Assembly (NCBI GenBank): GCA_965644495.1
Contig: CBFFSA010000057.1
Span: forward strand, 1-51,000
Origin: Perkinsela sp. CCAP 1560/9
Lineage: Eukaryota > Protista > Euglenozoa: Kinetoplastea
Direction of reading: 5' to 3'
Length of the DNA stretch: 51,000 nt
A program made the position numbers and the translations under genes. This document shows, piece by piece, positions 1-11,399 of the stretch. The first letter of the stretch is position 1. Each line of letters opens with the position of its first letter. The notes under the pieces were generated by a model. The model ran no database searches and had not been told where the DNA came from. It worked only from the letters and a program-made list of their open reading frames with translations.

Positions 1-2
1 GG

Positions 3-1400
3 AATTCCCGAGAGATCGAATGTGCCGAGAAGGTGGCAGTCGCGTGTCATCGCGCGCTCACCCTCGAACACCTGGATATGCACCCCCGGTTGGTTGTCGC
101 TGTACGTGGAGAAGGTCTGGCTCTTCTTGGTCGGGATCGTCGTGTTGCGCTTGATCAGGGACGTCATGACACCCCCGGCGGTTTCGATACCCAACGTCAG
201 CGGGGCGACATCCAGGAGAAGAAGTCCCTCCGTCTGCTTACTCTTCCCGCCGGTGAGGATGTAGGCTTGCACCGCGGCACCGTACGCCACAGCCTCGTCC
301 GGGTTAATACTCTTGTTGAGTTCCTTTCCGCCAAAGAAGTCGGAGACGAGCTGCTGCACCTTGGGAATACGAGTCGAACCACCGACCAGAACCACGTCGT
401 GCACCGTGCGCTTGTCGATCTTCGCATCCGTCAGGACTTGTTCCACCGGCTTGAGTGTGGAGCGGAAGAGGTCCGCGCAAAGCTCCTCGAATCGCGCACG
501 GGTGATGCTCGTGTAGAAGTCAATCCCCTCAAAAAGAGAGTCAATCTCCACGGAACTCTGAGCCGCGGAAGACAGAGTACGCTTGGCTCGCTCGCACGCG
601 GTGCGAAGACGGCGTAGTGCTCGCTGGTTCTGCGACAGATCCTTCTTGTGCTTTCGCTTAAATTCCTCGACAAAGTGGTTCACGAGACGGTTGTCAAAGT
701 CCTCACCACCGAGATGGGTGTCTCCCGCCGTGGCCTTGACCTCGAAGATTCCACCATCGATGGTGAGCAGAGTGACGTCAAAGGTGCCGCCTCCGAGATC
801 AAAGATGAGTACGTTCCGTTCTTGTTGGTCCGAGATCTTATCCAGGCCGTACGCAATCGCCGCCGCCGTGGGCTCGTTGATGATTCGAAGCACTTCCAGT
901 CCGGCAATCGAGCCCGCGTCCTTCGTGGCCTGTCGTTGGGAGTCGTTGAAGTACGCCGGGACGGTGACCACCGCCTTCTTGACCTCCTTACCGAGATATG
1001 CCTCCGCAATCTCCTTCATCTTAATCAACACCATGGAGCTAATCTCCTCCGGCGTGAAGGTCTTTGCCTCGCCCTTGTACTGGACCTCCATCACGGGCTT
1101 CTCGTCCCCCTGGGAACGTACCTTAAAGGGCCAGTGCTTCATGTCGCTCTGAACAACGGAGTCGGAGACCTTACGCCCGATTAACCGCTTCGCATCAAAC
1201 ACACTGTTGGTCGGATTCATCGCTACCTGGTTCTTCGCGGCATCCCCAATCAGACGTTCAGTGTCCGTGAAGGCCACGTAGGACGGAGTCGTGTAGTTCC
1301 CCTGGTCATTCGCAATGATTACCACACGCTCGTTCTGCCACACCCCAACACAGGAGTAGGTGGTCCCGAGATCGATACCAATAGCTCCTTCGTACGTCAT
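3..1400 (-). CDS. HSP70: Cytosolic HSP70, 3' end runs off the window
   Basis: Read manually; it is absent from the ORF track because there is no stop in the window. ATG at 1400 gives [26 protein letters not shown]...[17 protein letters not shown]...[11 protein letters not shown]...[11 protein letters not shown]...GTFDLSGI. Confidence 0.97.
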   Translation of the reverse strand, partial: MTYEGAIGIDLGTTYSCVGVWQNERVVIIANDQGNYTTPSYVAFTDTERLIGDAAKNQVAMNPTNSVFDAKRLIGRKVSDSVVQSDMKHWPFKVRSQGDEKPVMEVQYKGEAKTFTPEEISSMVLIKMKEIAEAYLGKEVKKAVVTVPAYFNDSQRQATKDAGSIAGLEVLRIINEPTAAAIAYGLDKISDQQERNVLIFDLGGGTFDVTLLTIDGGIFEVKATAGDTHLGGEDFDNRLVNHFVEEFKRKHKKDLSQNQRALRRLRTACERAKRTLSSAAQSSVEIDSLFEGIDFYTSITRARFEELCADLFRSTLKPVEQVLTDAKIDKRTVHDVVLVGGSTRIPKVQQLVSDFFGGKELNKSINPDEAVAYGAAVQAYILTGGKSKQTEGLLLLDVAPLTLGIETAGGVMTSLIKRNTTIPTKKSQTFSTYSDNQPGVHIQVFEGERAMTRDCHLLGTFDLSGI

Positions 1401-1559
1401 CAAGTTAATAATAAAGTGGAGAGATATGCAAAAGCAATGAAGCTATAGAATTAACTACATTTGAATTCATGTTCCAACTAACAGACGTAATCATGCGTGA
1501 TATCGGGCGCGTAGTGGTCTTTTTTAAAATATGGATAATAAACTGAATTTCGGAGCGAT

Positions 1560-2549
1560 TCAGTACGATGATTGTCTGGAAGGTCTCTCCGAATCTAGTT
1601 TGTAGTTTGTAAAGCTTTCTGAATCAGAGCACCCTTCAGAGTCACCTGCGCTGCTGGAAAGGCCTTCAGAGGCGTACGAACGGGAAGAACCGCTTTTTGA
1701 ATCATAACTACGAAGGGAAGAACTTTCGGACTCGTACTTACGACGTGAAGGACTTTGAGAATCATATCTGCGATGACATAGAGGACACCTCGATCGCTTG
1801 CGATGTTGTCTCGGAAGACTGACAGAATCGTATCGAGGAAGATGCCTTGAGGAACTTTCAGAATCATACCGACGACGACGTTTCTGAGGACTTTCAGAAT
1901 CATACCGACGACGACGTTTCTGAGGACTTTCAGAATCATAACGACGACGACGTTTCTGAGGACTTTCAGAACGTTTGCGAGGACGACGTGAGAAAGGCTC
2001 AGAATCACTACGGCTATGTAACGCACGTTCACGTAAACCGAGTGGAGCACCTCCTTTTTGTTCCACCCGAATTCGACTTCTACCAATCTCTCGATTCCTC
2101 ATATCGAAGGCGAGTGCCTGCTCACGAGCAGAAGCAAACCCCACAAAGGCATAGGCGCTTCCACCTTCCTTGCGACTGAAATAAGTAACGGGCCCAACAT
2201 TGCTCTCAAAAAAGCTAATAAGCTCCTTGTTTGTAGTTTGGGGCCGAATGCTACCCACGAATACTTGATGAGATTTCTGACCTGTGCCTCGTCGATTACT
2301 GCTCTCTGGATCACTCTTGATTTCTACTCGAATAGGTAAATCATTAAAATTACGTCCCGTATACTTGAGTGCTTGATCGCGAGAAGAGACTTTGTCGAAA
2401 CCGATAATACCAAAAGTGTCCACTCCATTGTCTTTCAAGTAGAGATGATCAACGTTTCCACACTCACCAAAAAAATTACGTACCTCATTCTTTGTTACAC
2501 CCGAGGGCATTCCCCACACGCAAATCTTCTGCTCATCGGGGGTTCCCAT
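1560..2549 (-). CDS. RNA-binding protein with two RRM domains and an RS/SR-rich tail
   Basis: RNP2/RNP1-like motifs ICVWGM...FGIIGF and VFVGSI...YAFVGF; C-terminal repeats RRRRYDSESPQK. Confidence 0.85.
   Translation of the reverse strand: MGTPDEQKICVWGMPSGVTKNEVRNFFGECGNVDHLYLKDNGVDTFGIIGFDKVSSRDQALKYTGRNFNDLPIRVEIKSDPESSNRRGTGQKSHQVFVGSIRPQTTNKELISFFESNVGPVTYFSRKEGGSAYAFVGFASAREQALAFDMRNREIGRSRIRVEQKGGAPLGLRERALHSRSDSEPFSRRPRKRSESPQKRRRRYDSESPQKRRRRYDSESPQKRRRRYDSESSSRHLPRYDSVSLPRQHRKRSRCPLCHRRYDSQSPSRRKYESESSSLRSYDSKSGSSRSYASEGLSSSAGDSEGCSDSESFTNYKLDSERPSRQSSY
1857..1975. repeat. Coding tandem repeat, ~39 bp x3
   Basis: ttcagaatcataccgacgacgacgtttctgaggact repeated; encodes SESPQKRRRRYD. 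Confidence 0.85.
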
Positions 2550-2693
2550 AGAAAGAGTAATAATTCAAAAGTTCATATTGATGTGAAAAATAGTGCAACC
2601 AGATTTTTGCTGTAGAGAATCGTACAGAAAAGATTTGCTTCCTTTTTTTTTGCCTCCATAGCCTATAAAGAAACCTATAACGTCTACTGACCA

Positions 2694-3305
2694 CTACCTA
2701 TTCACTATTTGAGTTCCGAACCACCTTTTGTCTTTTAAAGATTGGGGTAGTTTCTTGATAATCACTTCTCCATAAAGCTTCCGATTGCCGTTAAGAGAAA
2801 TTCCTATTAAACCTTCATGTAAATAAGAAAAATCGACCAGTCCTTCGAAATGATTCTCACGCAGAAAAAGCTCTTTCAAACTGACGGGCAATTGACATAA
2901 GTTTACCTCACCTACAAATAAATTGGATGACAAGGCCACTATTTCGATGCGGGAAGGCAACATTTCCAACTCTACTGTTCCGCTTAGGTAATTGTGAGAC
3001 ATCAGTAGTTCAGTTACCGAATCGGGCAGGAATGCCATGCGAATATTACCTTTAAGATCCTTTGTCACTTGTATAAGCTTCACTACATTGCCAGCTTCGT
3101 CAACCCTTACTCCACGCCACTCATTCAATGCAACATCAGTTTTCCAAGAATGATGCGGATTACTTATCCCAGCAAAAAACCGAAGCAGTTGGTTTTCTTG
3201 GGGTAAATTCGCGCCGCGTACTCTAGCAAGACGGGAGCAACGATTGCTTGCTTCAGAAAAAAGAAAAGAGTTCACAAAAATTGTCAATGTGCGCAACACC
3301 AGCAT
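2694..3305 (-). CDS. Leucine-rich repeat protein
   Basis: WRGV cap followed by LP.S...L.L..N.L.G.V.L repeats; probable ATG at 3305, downstream of an AG acceptor. Confidence 0.8.
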   Translation of the reverse strand: MLVLRTLTIFVNSFLFSEASNRCSRLARVRGANLPQENQLLRFFAGISNPHHSWKTDVALNEWRGVRVDEAGNVVKLIQVTKDLKGNIRMAFLPDSVTELLMSHNYLSGTVELEMLPSRIEIVALSSNLFVGEVNLCQLPVSLKELFLRENHFEGLVDFSYLHEGLIGISLNGNRKLYGEVIIKKLPQSLKDKRWFGTQIVNR

Positions 3306-3693
3306 TCTAAAAATCTGTAAAAAAAGTAGATAAAAAGTTTTATTAAAGTACTTTTCTGACCTTTTTGTATGAAATTTCATTAAGATCACTCTACTAATAC
3401 TGTTTTCATAAACGACTAACAAAACATTAGCTTCACAAAGTATAGGAAAGCTGTAAAATAAAAAGAACAAACTTCCTTACAAAAACAAAACAAGTGCAGG
3501 CACTCAACCCACGTGACCCGTAGTATACAAACTGATCTCAAATTTACAATCAACGTCAATCATATTGTTACATCCATTCGTTAAAAACAAAAATAAAACC
3601 AACCAAAAAAAGCAGGGCACGAGCACACCCCTTTCCACCCTGTCGTCCCCCCCCCTCCTAGCTCGTTGCGTGGCCGTGTACCCCCCGGGGCTA

Positions 3694-5667
3694 CTAGCGG
3701 TACTCCGGCAGGTAGTGCGGGGGGGCTGCGGGGTGACTGCTGTCGTAGGCCTCCGTCCCCGGGCTGGGGCCGAGCCCCGGGTTCGTCCCCGGCCCGGACC
3801 CGTAGGCCATCACGCGGGGGGGGTGCGCCCCGGCCTCCCGCACGCCGTGGGGAGGGGGGTGGGGGTAGCCCCCCCCGGGGTAGCGCGAGCCCTCGAGGGC
3901 TCCGTAGGGTACGACGTGGAGGGGTTGGCCGGTGTGGGGGTCGTACAGCACCCGCGGGGGGGCAGGCCGTGGGTGGGGCGCCCCCTCGGGGGTCTTCGAG
4001 CCCATGAAGTCTTTGGGGCCAAGCCCCCAGAGGGAGGGACTCCCGGGGAGCGCACGGTGTCGGGTCTCCCAGGAGGGGTGTGGGGGGAAGGGGTCGATGG
4101 GGGAGGCGATGGGGGGGAGGTGCGAGGCCCCCGGGGGGTTGCGCTCACTGTGGGGGGCGGTGGGGTGGGGAGTCCCGTAGTGCGTAGTGGGGTGCGGTGG
4201 GGTGGGGTAGTGTTGTTGTCGCTCGGGATGGGACTCACGTAGGCTCCAGAGGGTGGGGGTCTCGGCGGGGGCGTCGCGGTACATGGGGGGAGGAGGGCGA
4301 TGGGGTGGCCGATGGGTGCTGGGATAAGAAGCCGAGCGTGTCGGAGAGGTTTCCAAGGAATCCTGTCGCTGGTCGAGCTCACTGGGGCGTCGCTGCGTGC
4401 GGGAGGCGTCACGTTGGATCGAGGTCTCATTAAGGGTGCCATGGCGAATGCGCTCCATTGAAGAGGAATTGTCGCTTAACGTGGAAGGCTGAAGGGGATC
4501 CAGCACATCACGGGAGGACGCGGATATACGATCGTTTAAATTCAATGCGTGAACGAGATCACTTACAATAGAGTGGGTGGGGTTGGGGCGATCCGTATTT
4601 TCCGGTTCCTCCAGTGGAACTTCGGTTTCGTCGCATCCAAACACCACTTGGGGATAGCCTTCCTTCCGCTGCATCCAGGTTGCAACATACGCTGGGTAGG
4701 ATAATGTAACTTTGTGTGGAGGATTGCGCTCAGGCAAACGAGTAGCTTGCTCATCTAATTGAACAGGTTTGACCTTTTCAACAGTAGTGTCCTCATGACC
4801 GAAAATCCAAGATGTCTCTCCTTGTTTGTCGGATTCAAATACGGATTTCGCGGTGACGTAAAGCTTATTACTGATATTCTCGAGCTCAACATTCTCTTTT
4901 ACTCCCACAGCCTCATCTATTTCCTCAACCCATTGCTCCTTTGATGATTCGTTTATTATTGGATCGTTCACTTGCACCTCCACTGTCTGTGATAATAGTT
5001 CATTCGAGAAGTTCAAGGTTCTGGTTTCATCAGTTTCAGCATCTGCGCTTGTCCCATCGATTTCTCTTTCTGTAAGTGTTTTTGCGACAGATCTTTGTAA
5101 GGCCTCTAAATACGATAGTTTTGCTAGTTCACGTTGCACAGGTGCTATTGGGTCATGTGTAGTCTCAGGTTCAGCGCTGGTGTGCACAGACACCGATCCG
5201 CCTTCATTAGCTTTCTTCTTGTCTCCAAGAGTATGCTCCGTGTGACCGAAACGTAATTTTTGATGTCTATCAGCAAAGCGATTTACTTTGCCATTCCAAT
5301 CTATTTGCCGCGCCTCTCCGTAAGCCCTATGTCTACTATTATTCGTATGATGTCGTCCAGTACGCAATGTTTTTGTTTTTTCTTGGTCCGACATTTGCGT
5401 CTCCTTAGGTGTTTTCTGAGACTTCGTGGCAGACTGTGCCTCACGTGAAAGCGCATTAGGGACAGAAGAGTCTACGCTTTCTCTACCACCTCTACGAGAA
5501 ACGAATGGCCTTGCGCGATCAGAAATCTGTGTAATTCGAGAAGCGGTCCGGGCTGAAGACACTTCACATACCTCACCGTGATCCCTTCCTTCATATTTTT
5601 GAGATTGTGCAGAGCCTCTAGTGCGCCCTCGCGAACTATACCGGTACCCGCGTTCTTGATATGACAT
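3694..5667 (-). CDS. Hypothetical disordered protein with a Pro/His/Tyr-rich C-terminus
   Basis: Long ORF; probable start MSYQERGY at 5667 (the upstream T-rich part looks like a pyrimidine tract). Confidence 0.7.
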   Translation of the reverse strand: MSYQERGYRYSSRGRTRGSAQSQKYEGRDHGEVCEVSSARTASRITQISDRARPFVSRRGGRESVDSSVPNALSREAQSATKSQKTPKETQMSDQEKTKTLRTGRHHTNNSRHRAYGEARQIDWNGKVNRFADRHQKLRFGHTEHTLGDKKKANEGGSVSVHTSAEPETTHDPIAPVQRELAKLSYLEALQRSVAKTLTEREIDGTSADAETDETRTLNFSNELLSQTVEVQVNDPIINESSKEQWVEEIDEAVGVKENVELENISNKLYVTAKSVFESDKQGETSWIFGHEDTTVEKVKPVQLDEQATRLPERNPPHKVTLSYPAYVATWMQRKEGYPQVVFGCDETEVPLEEPENTDRPNPTHSIVSDLVHALNLNDRISASSRDVLDPLQPSTLSDNSSSMERIRHGTLNETSIQRDASRTQRRPSELDQRQDSLETSPTRSASYPSTHRPPHRPPPPMYRDAPAETPTLWSLRESHPERQQHYPTPPHPTTHYGTPHPTAPHSERNPPGASHLPPIASPIDPFPPHPSWETRHRALPGSPSLWGLGPKDFMGSKTPEGAPHPRPAPPRVLYDPHTGQPLHVVPYGALEGSRYPGGGYPHPPPHGVREAGAHPPRVMAYGSGPGTNPGLGPSPGTEAYDSSHPAAPPHYLPEYR

Positions 5668-6036
5668 GGAGGCTGGAGGGGGCAATAAAAAATAAATTAA
5701 AAGATATAAATAAAAAAGATAAATAAAATAAATTTTTATAAATAAAAAGGATGGTAACACTTGCATAAAGTTGTGCAGGGGGAAGCTAATACGGGATTCT
5801 TCATCTCAGATGAAAGGCAGAAACTCCTTCAAGGGCGAACTAGCTCGGTCCAGCTAGAAGAACAATTTGTCCGTCGCCATCACACACGAGGATTTTGGAG
5901 AATACATTACGTGTAGACACACCGAAACACTGCCTTCAGTGTCTCTTCAAGAGCTTTTTCTTTATGTATAAAGTTGCTAGTCTTGCCCCCCCCCCAATGG
6001 ACATACATGATTCGCGTACTGGGTAATATGCACCTA

Positions 6037-6354
6037 CCGTATACCCCCCCCCCAGTAAGATACCCCCCCAGTAAGAGAGATTTGGCCCTTTTTGGGCTGA
6101 CCCCCAGTAAGAGAGATTTGGCTCGGGAGCCCCAGAGGGGGCGTATAGGGGGTAGGGGGTGGGTGACTGCATGTTGGGGGCCTCGGGGGTAACCCAAAAA
6201 AGCGTTTTAACACGTTTTCAGAAGAAAAAATAGAAAAAATAGTCAAAAAAGTTGGGAGAAAAGAGGAAACTGGCCAAAAAAGCATACCCCCCCAGTAAGA
6301 GAGATTTGGCCATTTCGACCCAAAACCCATTCTCTTACTGGGGGGGGTATACGG
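6037..6354. mobile_element. MITE, CCGTATAC family, TA TSD
   Basis: TA|CCGTATACCCCCCCCCCAGTAAGA...TCTTACTGGGGGGGGTATACGG|TA; internal CCCCCAGTAAGAGAGATTTGGC repeats. Confidence 0.9.
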
Positions 6355-6915
6355 TAGTATAGAGGCGATGCCGCGTTTCATACACACTCCCCATTATTCA
6401 CGAAAAAAAGAGATGAGAAGCATGCCTTCATGAGAAGCACACCTCCCCAATCCCTGGTTCACCTTTGCTCCCGCCTGGATGATTTCCTTATGACCGCAAT
6501 AGAAGCAACTATCTGCCCCCTCGACGAGTCAGCGCGATCCCAAGTGCAACGTATGAAGAGGGGGGCCCGGCCTCAGATCCGCAGCCCAACGCGCCACAGC
6601 GGCTTACGTTACATCCGTCGCCTTTGCCGCTGAAAAAGATTCTTGTTTTTTTCTTTGTTGGGACCCCACCGACGCTGAAGGATTCGTCGAGTCCGTTCAA
6701 AACATCAACTTGAAGGCTGTAACTTCTCTACTCGATCCCCCAACTCTCCATGCGAGAAAGCTATCAACGCACCGTACTTCTATAGGAAGAGAAAACGCCC
6801 CTCGCCAGGAAATGATCCCCCCTCGGACGAGTCTCCCGGACAAGCTCTTCGAACGACGTTCCGCACTGCGAATACGCCCGCGGACGCTTATCGACGCACT
6901 CTCCACCCCACTCTA

Positions 6916-7550
6916 CAGGGGGGGCCACGAAAACTGACAAGGTCCGCATTTTAGCGTCCTGAGGCCGTTTGAGCTGATTTTTGTTGCAAACGAGAGATCT
7001 CGTTCTGAATATCGTGTCTACGCTATTTGGAGCCCGTTTCTGCTAATCAAAAAAAAAATACTTACAAAATATTGAAATTTTGGGCAAAATATTTTGCAAA
7101 AAGTATCGAAAAACGTAAAAAAGGCTATTTTTTCTTCTTTTTACCTTGCTATGGGCAAACGGAATAGACTAAACCGTCGCCAGCTATCACCAGAACAGTG
7201 TTCATATCCTGTGCGCATTGTCTGCGCACACGAAAGACACCGTGGGACATCTATTCCGGATACGGCACGTATGATGAACTGTTCAGAGAGCTCTGTCTCT
7301 CGGTACAAAGCGCGTTTTGATGAGTCAGGTGACGTGGCACGTGCACCCTACTCGCGCGATAACGGCGTTGATACGGAGGAGTTCCGAGCCATGCTCTGTG
7401 CTATTGTTGATGCTGAGCGAGGCACACAATTCGGGTGTCCGGGGTTTAAATGGGTACATAAGAGAGTGGATAAAGTACTTTATCCATGTAGTCTAAACAC
7501 CGTGAAACGGAGAGAAATGCGGACCTTGTCAGTTTTCGTGGCCCCCCCTG
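6916..7550 (+). mobile_element. Internally deleted Tc1-like element (same family as T2)
   Basis: 36-bp TIR CAGGGGGGGCCACGAAAACTGACAAGGTCCGCATTT, TA TSD; the HTH-only ORF is closely similar to the N-terminus of 22639..23511. Confidence 0.9.
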
Positions 7551-7931
7551 TATGGTTCGAAAGAATGTAGAGACATGTTATTCCCCAAAAGGAAAGATCC
7601 CGTGTCAACGAGAAATCAGCTGTGCAATAGCTGCCCACACCTTCTCCCAGGGGTATGAAGCAAAGGACGCACGCACCCAGGCAAAGTGGATTTCTAAGTG
7701 TGGATCACTAGAAATGGAAATCTTAAAAAAATTATCATTCTATGTGGCGAAAACTCTTAAAAAATTATCAACTTATTTTCATGTTTTAGACCGTACTTTC
7801 GTATTCATTTTTCAATGACTTCTCGATCACTAAAAAAGAAGCGCCCATTAGATGAATCGGGCTCTATAACTGTTGTTTACAAGCTTTGGAGGACGACCTT
7901 CTTCCAAGTGAACTGCGGTAGACAGAAGCTA

Positions 7932-8023
7932 CACTAGGTCATTAATAATGATAATAACCTCAAAAAAGTATCATTCTTGAGGATAATAATTATCATTATT
8001 AACGGTATTAATGACAGGTGGAG
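7932..8023. mobile_element. Small degenerate MITE related to 48178..48473
   Basis: TA-flanked imperfect IR sharing TCATTAATAATGATAAT. Confidence 0.45.
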
Positions 8024-8473
8024 TAGTCTTATCGGGAAAGCTATCGGAAAATTCCAGTATCTCTTGAAACTGCTTCATTGGGACACGTTTTAAGCACCTA
8101 AAATGCTTTTCCTAGAGAGACTCTACCGCTCCCGTTATTCGTAATTTTTATGAATAAAAAATAAAAAAAGTATCCGCCTCGTACGATTGAGTCAGTACTT
8201 TTACCTCATTGAATCATCACAACTTCCCCAACGAGGACGCGTCATCGCTTCCTACATTTCGCTTTAGAAAACAGCTTACTTTTTTATTTGTAATGGATTT
8301 TTCCTGTATTATGACCCCCCCCCCTTTAATACGGACAGATTTTTGGACTTTGTGCGTATTAAAGGGGGGGGGGTACTAAAGATGAGAAAATGATTTCTTT
8401 TGATGAAATAGGTGAAAGTGATGAAATATTTCATCCAATTTCGTTCCACAAAAATATTAAAATTTTCTTTTTT

Positions 8474-8560
8474 CATACCCTAACTAGTAAACTAGTAATT
8501 ACTAATTTACTACTAATGGGCTAGTAATTACTATAGTAATTACTATGACTTACTACTTTT
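8474..8560. mobile_element. Orphan left end of the CATA family
   Basis: CATACCCT followed by TAGTAATTAC subterminal repeats like those of element C. Confidence 0.55.
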
Positions 8561-8939
8561 TTTGATATGTACAAAAGTTTAAATCGTTACAGAGTATGGG
8601 CTGACCGATGTGTATAAAGTGGTTACGATCGTTACTTTACCTTTTAACGAATGTTGCTAGGCCTTGGAAAACCACGAGGGGGTCCCAACCTCAGTTCTCC
8701 TCTTTAAGTTGTGTCCAACTTTCGGAGACGGTATCTTCTCTTATAGAAACAGTATCTTCGTCTATGGAGTAGATTTACTATTCATACCCCTTGTATATTC
8801 GGTAACGATAGGTACGATAGAACATGCACCTACCTACAAGTGGATTGAGGTTAAACATTGTTCACATGGGAAAAACAAGATAAACCGAATGAACGTACCT
8901 AAAAAAACCCAAGTAAACAAAGACACGGATTTATAACTA

Positions 8940-9090
8940 CTGTCCCCCCCCGTTTAAGCGCACCTCGTTTTTCGTGAAAAGTGCGCTTAAACGGGGGGGT
9001 CTGAATCAGTACATAAAAAGTCTGCACCTCAACTCTATGTGCGCTTAAACGGGGGGTCTGATCGGGTGCGCTTAAGGGGAGGGGGGACAG
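8940..9090. mobile_element. 151-bp MITE, TA TSD
   Basis: TA|CTGTCCCCCCCCGTTTAAGCGCACC...GGTGCGCTTAAGGGGAGGGGGGACAG|TA. Confidence 0.85.
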
Positions 9091-9961
9091 TATATCATAA
9101 AGCATGTAACAAGAGTTCAACGATATATTTTCGCTCACTTACGGATTAGAGCTACTTAGATTAGAGCCAAACAAATACATTTTAAGTTCCTATTATTTTA
9201 AGTTTCCTATCTATATTGCTGCAAACGCGACCTTACATTTACAACAGGTGAAAACACGGAGACGACGGCACATGGAGAACGAACTCTAATCAAAGAATCC
9301 CCGAGCATACGAAAACCAGAGCTACCACCATCCCTCATGCTTGATCCTGTAATACCCGACGGGCAACCGACAGAATCAGGCAACATAACAGGTCGGGCGA
9401 GAACGGAGACGCGACTCGTACGAACAGGCAACCATGCCACGAGTCGAACGGGACTTACCCCCTATACAGAAGACCACTTCACACCTACATAAATCAGCCG
9501 CTGTAGCCTCAACTGCATGCTCACTTGCGAAATTTCTTCAACGGCGTCCCTCACCAAGCCACAGCCCCTCCACCAGCAGTACGCAGCCCACCACACCTCC
9601 ACGAACCTCAACGCCAGTGAAGAGCAAGAACAGCCCTCCACCACTCCACCAACTCCCGCCTCTACTCCGGGCTCACCCGACGATACAGAGTACCTTTTCC
9701 GCACAGCGCGATACATACAGGCCATGCAATGCGTTCACCCTGGCCTGCATGTCCTCGGCTTTATGCTCGAAGGAGATGGTCCCCAGGAAATCCGCCGTGA
9801 AAAAGTTGTTTGAAAACGACTTGTTCCCTAAGGAGCCCATCCCCCCGAAGGTGCCCATCCCACCATAGGTGCAGCACCCTACTTACAGACCCCAACGACC
9901 CGCTCTCCGCCGTCCACAATGCCGAATTACTGAGTGCCATATTAGCTGTCTGCATATGAGG

Positions 9962-10170
9962 TTGTCGGACCCCTCCCGCGCGTACCAGGGGGGGTACCCC
10001 CAGGTGGGGGGGTGGAAAGTCATCCTATTCTACCATTTCCCTGCGCTCGATTTCGAAAATCAAAATTTTAAAAATTTCAAAAAACGACGTATGCCCCCCC
10101 TGGAGCCCACCCCATGGACCCCCCATTTTTTTGATTTTTTTTTCGATTTTGGACCACCGGAGCCCTTTTA
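9962..10170. repeat. Dispersed repeat, second copy at 41469..41672; probable transposon end
   Basis: Both copies share ttgtcggacccctcccgcgcgtaccagggggg...ggaccaccggagccc. Confidence 0.8.
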
Positions 10171-10388
10171 TATTTTTTTCTTCTATTATATCACTGTGTT
10201 TATATTTTCACTGTTTTTGTTTACTTTTTTTTCAATAATCGAGGGTAGAGCTGTAGTTATACAACCACCACAATAATCTGTATTAAAGGGGGGAGGTCAG
10301 GGGGGTCCGTATTAAAGGGGGGGTCACAGTATACTTTCGTTATAAACATTTTTAGTAGCTTGCTTGATAGGGCATGTGTACATGTATG

Positions 10389-11252
10389 CTAGACTTCCAG
10401 ACAGTCGCGATGAAACTTCGTCTTTTTATACAAATATGTAATTTCTGTGAAATTGTTGTAGCTTAAAAGAATACCAGTCACACCAGCTCTACAATAAGGG
10501 ACTAACAAACGACCAGTGAATTGATTTCGCGTAAGTCTTAAGCATTTTAGCGTTCGAGGGAGTGCCGTAATGTTCAACGAGCCAGTGAGAGCATTGTTAG
10601 CCGCAAGGAGCACTCGCATGCCGTGCGGAAGCTGAGTAAGATCAACATGCCCACTGAATTTGTTCCATGTCACATCGATTTTTGATATCTTCAACGGGAG
10701 ATGAGTGAGAACCAGCGGTCCGTGAAAACGATTGCGGTCCAAAAACAGGAAGCGGAGTGTTGGTGGAAGATGACAAAGATCTGCGTCAGAATCGAACTGA
10801 TTTTGGCTGAGTACCAGACGTTCCATAGAGGAGGGAAGCATGTCGAGCGCAAGTTCCCCTGAAAGTTGGTTTTCATCTGCCACAAGTCGACTCACGCGTG
10901 ACGGCAAGAGATTCAACGACAATTCACCTGTAATGCAATTTACCACCTCTAACCTTCGTCCGAGATGAAGCCACAACAAGGTGTGGGGAAGATGACTCCA
11001 AAGTAGGTTACCGTCGATGAATTTTCCGGCCCATTGCAGCTTTGTTACTTGCTTGTGACGATCACATTGTACCCCTTCCCAATGGCAGGCAGATAAATTT
11101 GTGTTCCACGATTGGGGACGACGTTTCATGCTCGTGTTCTGTAAAAAAGCCTCCAGGATATGCTCTGCCGGAAGCAAAGATCTGGAAACCTTGTGAGCCC
11201 TTCGTGGTGGCTGGCTGTCCGCTGAATTTAGTCCTGAAAGCAGTTGAAACAT
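10389..11252 (-). CDS. Leucine-rich repeat protein (paralog of 2694..3305)
   Basis: ACHWEGVQC cap, then about 8 LP..(L/M)..L.L..N.F.G.L.L repeats. Confidence 0.85.
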   Translation of the reverse strand: MFQLLSGLNSADSQPPRRAHKVSRSLLPAEHILEAFLQNTSMKRRPQSWNTNLSACHWEGVQCDRHKQVTKLQWAGKFIDGNLLWSHLPHTLLWLHLGRRLEVVNCITGELSLNLLPSRVSRLVADENQLSGELALDMLPSSMERLVLSQNQFDSDADLCHLPPTLRFLFLDRNRFHGPLVLTHLPLKISKIDVTWNKFSGHVDLTQLPHGMRVLLAANNALTGSLNITALPRTLKCLRLTRNQFTGRLLVPYCRAGVTGILLSYNNFTEITYLYKKTKFHRDCLEV

Positions 11253-11399
11253 AATGTAGAAGGAGACCAAGTTACCGGTGACACACTTTTTAACGTAATT
11301 AAAATGTATTGAGTCCAACCTTTTAGACTTTCAAAATGTACTTTTTTTAAATTAACGTAGCATAAATTAATATACCGTCCCCCCCCTATTTACTATTTA

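Larger units (their letters stand above)
5850..7720 (+). pseudogene. Degenerate CRE/SLACS-like non-LTR retrotransposon fragment (end of RT and thumb), interrupted by two DNA transposons
   Basis: Frameshifted motifs IRVLG (~6010), MRSTPP...LDDFL...ARSQV (6430-6545) and GPGLRSAAQRATAAYVTS (~6565-6620). Confidence 0.45.
8309..10329. mobile_element. CTGTGACCCC-family TA element (same ends as H) with nested inserts
   Basis: TA|TTATGACCCCCCCCCCTTTAATACGGAC...GTCCGTATTAAAGGGGGGGTCACAG|TA. Confidence 0.75.

Noticed and set aside
33-1184. Long plus-strand ORFs (194, 189 and 178 aa)
   Set aside because: Antisense shadows of HSP70, a well-known artefact.
1857-1975. CRISPR-like periodic repeat
   Set aside because: No unique spacers; it is an in-frame coding repeat of the RS domain.
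3565-4442. Overlapping Gly/Pro/Arg-rich ORFs
   Set aside because: Stop-poor GC-rich shadows of the 3694..5667 gene.
9200-9960. C-rich ORFs inside element 8309..10329
   Set aside because: No recognisable motif; could be a retroelement or gene fragment but cannot be supported.
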